Below are positions 60,528 through 64,000 of a stretch of 64,000 nt of DNA, in pieces. This stretch comes from an uncultured Campylobacter sp. (GTDB taxonomy: Bacteria > Campylobacterota > Campylobacteria > Campylobacterales > Campylobacteraceae). Each line of letters begins with the position of its first letter. The first letter of the stretch is position 1. The stretch covers positions 4,269 to 68,268 of the forward strand of contig CAUSEA010000005.1 in assembly GCA_963530525.1 (NCBI GenBank), in the 5' to 3' direction. The notes below the pieces were generated by a model, which did not search any database, was not told the origin of the DNA, and saw nothing but the letters and a program-made list of their open reading frames with translations. Made by a program: the position numbers and the translations under genes.

Positions 60528-60669
60528 TAGCCCGCTACGGCGAGTTTGCGGCGGCACAAAATTGCGGGTAGTCTCAGACGAGATCAGGCAAGCGACGCGA
60601 TTTTACGGCAATGCGCTTGGCTGCGGGCTCGCTATGGCGAGAGCTTGCGACCGATCCCGCAACGCGGCG

Positions 60670-60703
60670 AGTTTATAAAATTTAGGACGCACCGAAATAT
60701 AAT
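60670..60703 (+). promoter_or_regulatory. phage late promoter motif, copy 4
   Basis: AGTTTATAAAATTTAGGA-N10-TATAAT. Confidence 0.7.
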
Positions 60704-60818
60704 CACCGCGCTCAAGGGGTCCTCTCTCCTCCTTGGGCGCTATAAAACGCAAATCTACGATTTATCCAAACTACGCAAAACAAGCATACGCAGAGTTCAA
60801 ATTAACTTATTATTTTAA

Positions 60819-60847
60819 TTGACCCCTAAGCCCTTGATAACTATAAT
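60819..60847 (+). promoter_or_regulatory. sigma70 promoter
   Basis: TTGACC-17 bp-TATAAT. Confidence 0.7.
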
Positions 60848-60933
60848 TCTGCCGCAAACGGCGAGCGTCGTTATGTTTTTGAGAACCGCGTAAGACGGCG
60901 CCGCGAGGTGAAATTTGCGTAAAGGAGAAAGCA

Positions 60934-61446
60934 ATGGAAGGGATAGGATTTACGGCGTCAAATATAGCAGCTTTTATAGGATTTGCAGCATCAGTTATAG
61001 TAGCTTTTGTAGGCGGATATTATCTATCTAAGGTAGAATCGACAAAAAGCAGACTAAAAAAGACAGAGATGCTTTTTGAGTTAAGGATGGCTGCGGCAAG
61101 AGAATTCAACGAGATATGTCAAAAATACGACCCCTTAAACCTAGGAGAGATTTATAATGGCGATATTCGTGGACCGAAAAGATGGAAAGAGATAAGAAAG
61201 AGTATATCCGAATATCGAGCGCAGTATGGTTATGTTTTTGAGGGCGATAAAATCAATGCTACATTAGAAAAAATACTATCGTCATTGGACTATAGCGCAA
61301 ACTCGAGATATATATTCCACGCGGCGAGCGGCGATTGCGCGGAGGCAGATGCGTATGAAGAAAACTATTATAAAGACACTTTGATACTTATGTCCGAAGC
61401 CAACGATATGATGAGGAAGTATCTGTTTGAGGAAGCAAAGAGGTAA
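60934..61446 (+). CDS. low-GC moron protein with an N-terminal TM segment
   Basis: AAGGAG RBS; own promoter; AT-rich codon usage. Confidence 0.7.
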   Translation: MEGIGFTASNIAAFIGFAASVIVAFVGGYYLSKVESTKSRLKKTEMLFELRMAAAREFNEICQKYDPLNLGEIYNGDIRGPKRWKEIRKSISEYRAQYGYVFEGDKINATLEKILSSLDYSANSRYIFHAASGDCAEADAYEENYYKDTLILMSEANDMMRKYLFEEAKR

Positions 61447-61477
61447 ATCAGCGCCACGGCTTAAATTTAGAAGCGTA

Positions 61478-61509
61478 AATAAAAACGGCGCGATCCTAAG
61501 ACCGCGCCG
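61478..61509 (-). terminator. intrinsic terminator
   Basis: Minus strand reads CGGCGCGGTC-TTAG-GATCGCGCCG-TTTTTATTT. Confidence 0.75.
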
Positions 61510-62110
61510 CGAGCAAGCGCCCTCTACATAGACTTGTTAAGACGTCTAGGCGCTCCGGGCTGTGCTCGTGAGCGGTATATAGCGCTTGGCACGCCGCTTT
61601 GATCGAGCCGAAGCCCTCTAGCGACCGCAAGCGCGTCGCGCCGGGTAAGCGCCAACGCCGCCTACTTACGTATGCACCTTGGCACGAGAACCAGCGCACG
61701 AAGCTTCGCAGAGCAGATAGTAGGAAATACCGACGGGGGAGGGGCGGCAAGCGGGTTTTTCGGGGGTGCACCGCTCCGTTTTTGGGATAAAGCGCGGATT
61801 TTTGGCGCTGAAGCTTGGACGACTTGAGGCGAATTCGGCTTAAGGTTCGGGGCGGGGACTGCGGTCAAATTTTGTGAAAATACATATTTTTGAAAAGAAT
61901 TATTTTCAATAGTTAATTTTATAAAACGCCCTAAAATAGGCATTTGAAAGAGCCGTGAAAATTAAGCTTAAGTTTCAAGCGGCAAAAACGATGCGAATTT
62001 GTCCGTTTTCGCTTAAGGAAAGTGTGAAAATTTAGGCGCGAGCCGTTTAAGTTTCGCGCGCAATTTCGGCTCGGTCTTGATAACTATTTGCTTAAATCCT
62101 ATGCTCCTGC
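61478..62110 (-). ncRNA. candidate roughly 630-nt structured non-coding RNA
   Basis: TGATATAAT at 62125-62117, multiple helices, terminator at 61478-61509, no credible ORF. Confidence 0.4.
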
Positions 62111-62409
62111 CCTGTGATTATATCATAAACTATTGCAGGCGCGCTGCTGTGGGTCTTTGATGGCGCCCGCTTACTCTCTTGACGGGGGGCTATGACCCCA
62201 CTCGGAATTTTCCGCCCAATACTGACGGTGTAGAGAAAAATTTCAAAATTTAGGCTTTTTGTCCCGCGAAAGATACGAGCACATTTTATTATCGGCTTAA
62301 AATTTAAGCCCGCATTTTTTTGTCCCACGATCTGCGAAACGAGCGTAAGCATTAGGGCTTTGCGCTTGCGGAGGCGGTGGCCTCCTGCATTTGTCCTGCC
62401 GGTGCAAAT

Positions 62410-63966
62410 TCACGCCCAGGCTTCGGCGCCCTCGTAGTCCTCGTCCTCGTAGTCCGGCTCGTCAAATTCTCGCCCTACGATATATTGTTGTAAATACGCG
62501 AGCGCATCCATAAGGTCGTCCTCTTTGCTCTCGACTTCGCTATCGAAGCTAAGGAGTTGCGCCTCTAGCTCAGTGCTTGAGTCTATGCTTGCGTTGTGAT
62601 AAATTTGCCCCGTGCGATAATATGGCTCTAGGTTTGATATGCGGGTATTTTTTGCCTTTCCGCCGTGGCTAAGTTGATCAATGGGTAGGTGCACTCCCGT
62701 CATTTTTTGTATGATGTCAATCGTATAGAAAAAATCGTTTTGCATTCCGGCTTTTTCGATTCCTATCCTGGTGCAGCCGAATATTTGAAAAATCCGTATG
62801 ATCTCGACGCTCTTTTCAAACGGCGTCCAGTGCCCGGCGCTGATGTCTATTATGAATATGCGATTTCTGTTATCGACAGCCGAAGTTATCATTGCTGTTT
62901 GGTCGCGACCATTCGCGCTTGCCAGGTCGATTGTTGTAAAAATTTGACATTTTGCAAGCTCTATTTTTTCGCCGCCTAGCGTTAAATTTATGGCCTTTCT
63001 AATTTGCAGCGTTCGTATATTTACGCCGTCTGTAATATTTAGGGCTTCCGGTTCTGCGCTGATGTCGTATTCTACGCGCTCGAAGTAGCGGAAATACTCG
63101 CGTTTGAAAATCGCTCTTTGTGGATCGATCGCCGCGCACATATATTCCTGGTAAAATTCATTTGCAAGCCCTTTTGAAACGAGTTGATTTTGTATTGCTT
63201 TTATGCGCGATAAAGGGAAACGAGACGGCCAGGCGCTCGCGCCGTTTTCTATGATAGGAATTTTTATATGTTGCCATCCCTGCTTGTTGGCTTCTTCTAT
63301 ATTCTCATTGTTCACGATATTGTTTAAGATGCTGTCCTCGTGCAGGATTGTGCCTAACACTACCACTTTGCCGCGAGTTGGGTGCACGGCGGGCAGTAGA
63401 TCCGCATAAAACCAGCCTCGAAGTTTTTGGCGGCTAGCCTTATTTCCAACCGGGAATTGCCCGTCTTTGCTCTCTAAATCATCGACGATGATAAGCGTCG
63501 GACGCATATTATCGATATTAGCGCCGCGCGGATCCTGCCCAGAGCTGAGCGATACTACGTGACAGGTTCGCTCCATATCGTTTCCGTTTCGGTCTTTTTT
63601 GCCGCGATTAACGACGACCTCTATACGGTCTTTGTTCCAAATCTTACCGCGCTCTATCGCGTAACCCTTGGCGACTGCTTTATCAATCGAATTTTTGATT
63701 GCTTCGACAAATAGCTTTGCTTTCGTATCGTTTGCAGAAGCTATCATAATGAAAGGCTCTGCATAAAAATACAGCCTGCTGACGACGTAAATTTTATTGA
63801 GTAGCGTAGTTTTTGCGCTACCGCGAAATATAACTACGGCTTTGTGTTGATCCTCGCCGTCGATAAATTTCAAAACGTCCAGGTGAAATTTGGGCGTTTT
63901 ATTCTCAAAGATTTCCGGTTCTATATCTTTTGCAAATTTTAAATAAAGCTCTGGAGGAATTTTCAC
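62410..63966 (-). CDS. terL: terminase large subunit
   Basis: FRGSAKTT Walker A, IIVDDLE Walker B, QEYMC, and TIDLA/DDLMDAL RNase H-like nuclease motifs. Confidence 0.9.
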   Translation of the reverse strand: MKIPPELYLKFAKDIEPEIFENKTPKFHLDVLKFIDGEDQHKAVVIFRGSAKTTLLNKIYVVSRLYFYAEPFIMIASANDTKAKLFVEAIKNSIDKAVAKGYAIERGKIWNKDRIEVVVNRGKKDRNGNDMERTCHVVSLSSGQDPRGANIDNMRPTLIIVDDLESKDGQFPVGNKASRQKLRGWFYADLLPAVHPTRGKVVVLGTILHEDSILNNIVNNENIEEANKQGWQHIKIPIIENGASAWPSRFPLSRIKAIQNQLVSKGLANEFYQEYMCAAIDPQRAIFKREYFRYFERVEYDISAEPEALNITDGVNIRTLQIRKAINLTLGGEKIELAKCQIFTTIDLASANGRDQTAMITSAVDNRNRIFIIDISAGHWTPFEKSVEIIRIFQIFGCTRIGIEKAGMQNDFFYTIDIIQKMTGVHLPIDQLSHGGKAKNTRISNLEPYYRTGQIYHNASIDSSTELEAQLLSFDSEVESKEDDLMDALAYLQQYIVGREFDEPDYEDEDYEGAEAWA

Positions 63967-64000
63967 TAGCTATCCTTTCTTCTGATTTCGTATATTTTCG

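Larger units (their letters stand above)
28420..64000. mobile_element. podovirus-like prophage integrated at the tRNA-Arg 3' end; extends beyond the window
   Basis: Integrase next to the tRNA, plus xis, primase, CI, portal, capsid, tail fibre, lysis genes and TerL; no tape measure or sheath seen. Left boundary approximate; attR not in the window. Confidence 0.93.

Noticed and set aside
61496..62352. Short ORFs between the moron and terL
   Set aside because: No convincing RBS and non-protein-like composition; treated as non-coding.

Overview
Oral Campylobacter (C. gracilis-like) chromosome. Positions 1-28.4 kb are host DNA: a TolC-family 3' end, rpmH-rnpA-yidD-yidC-jag-mnmE, a LOS/outer-core glycosylation cluster, purL, a DjlA-like co-chaperone, a tandem lipoprotein family, an SDH/Clp-fold protease, purH, msrAB and tRNA-Arg(GCG). 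Intergenic gaps and several in-frame gene insertions are built from AAATTT/RAATTY-rich degenerate repeats. From about 28.4 kb to beyond the window end is a podovirus-like prophage integrated at tRNA-Arg. It carries integrase/xis, an early operon, a P4-like primase-helicase with an iteron origin, CI, HigBA, portal/scaffold/capsid, a tail fibre, a lysis cassette, ejection-type proteins, a 2452-aa polyvalent protein and TerL. The most notable signal is an unannotated regulatory and RNA layer in the late region. It comprises a four-copy phage promoter motif, a +1-frame gene with its own RBS nested in the polyvalent gene, an antisense promoter-plus-hairpin RNA inside its nuclease-like domain, two small promoter-linked hairpin RNAs, and a roughly 630-nt structured, apparently non-coding unit bounded by a promoter and a terminator next to terL. 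All calls come from reading the sequence only; no searches were run.
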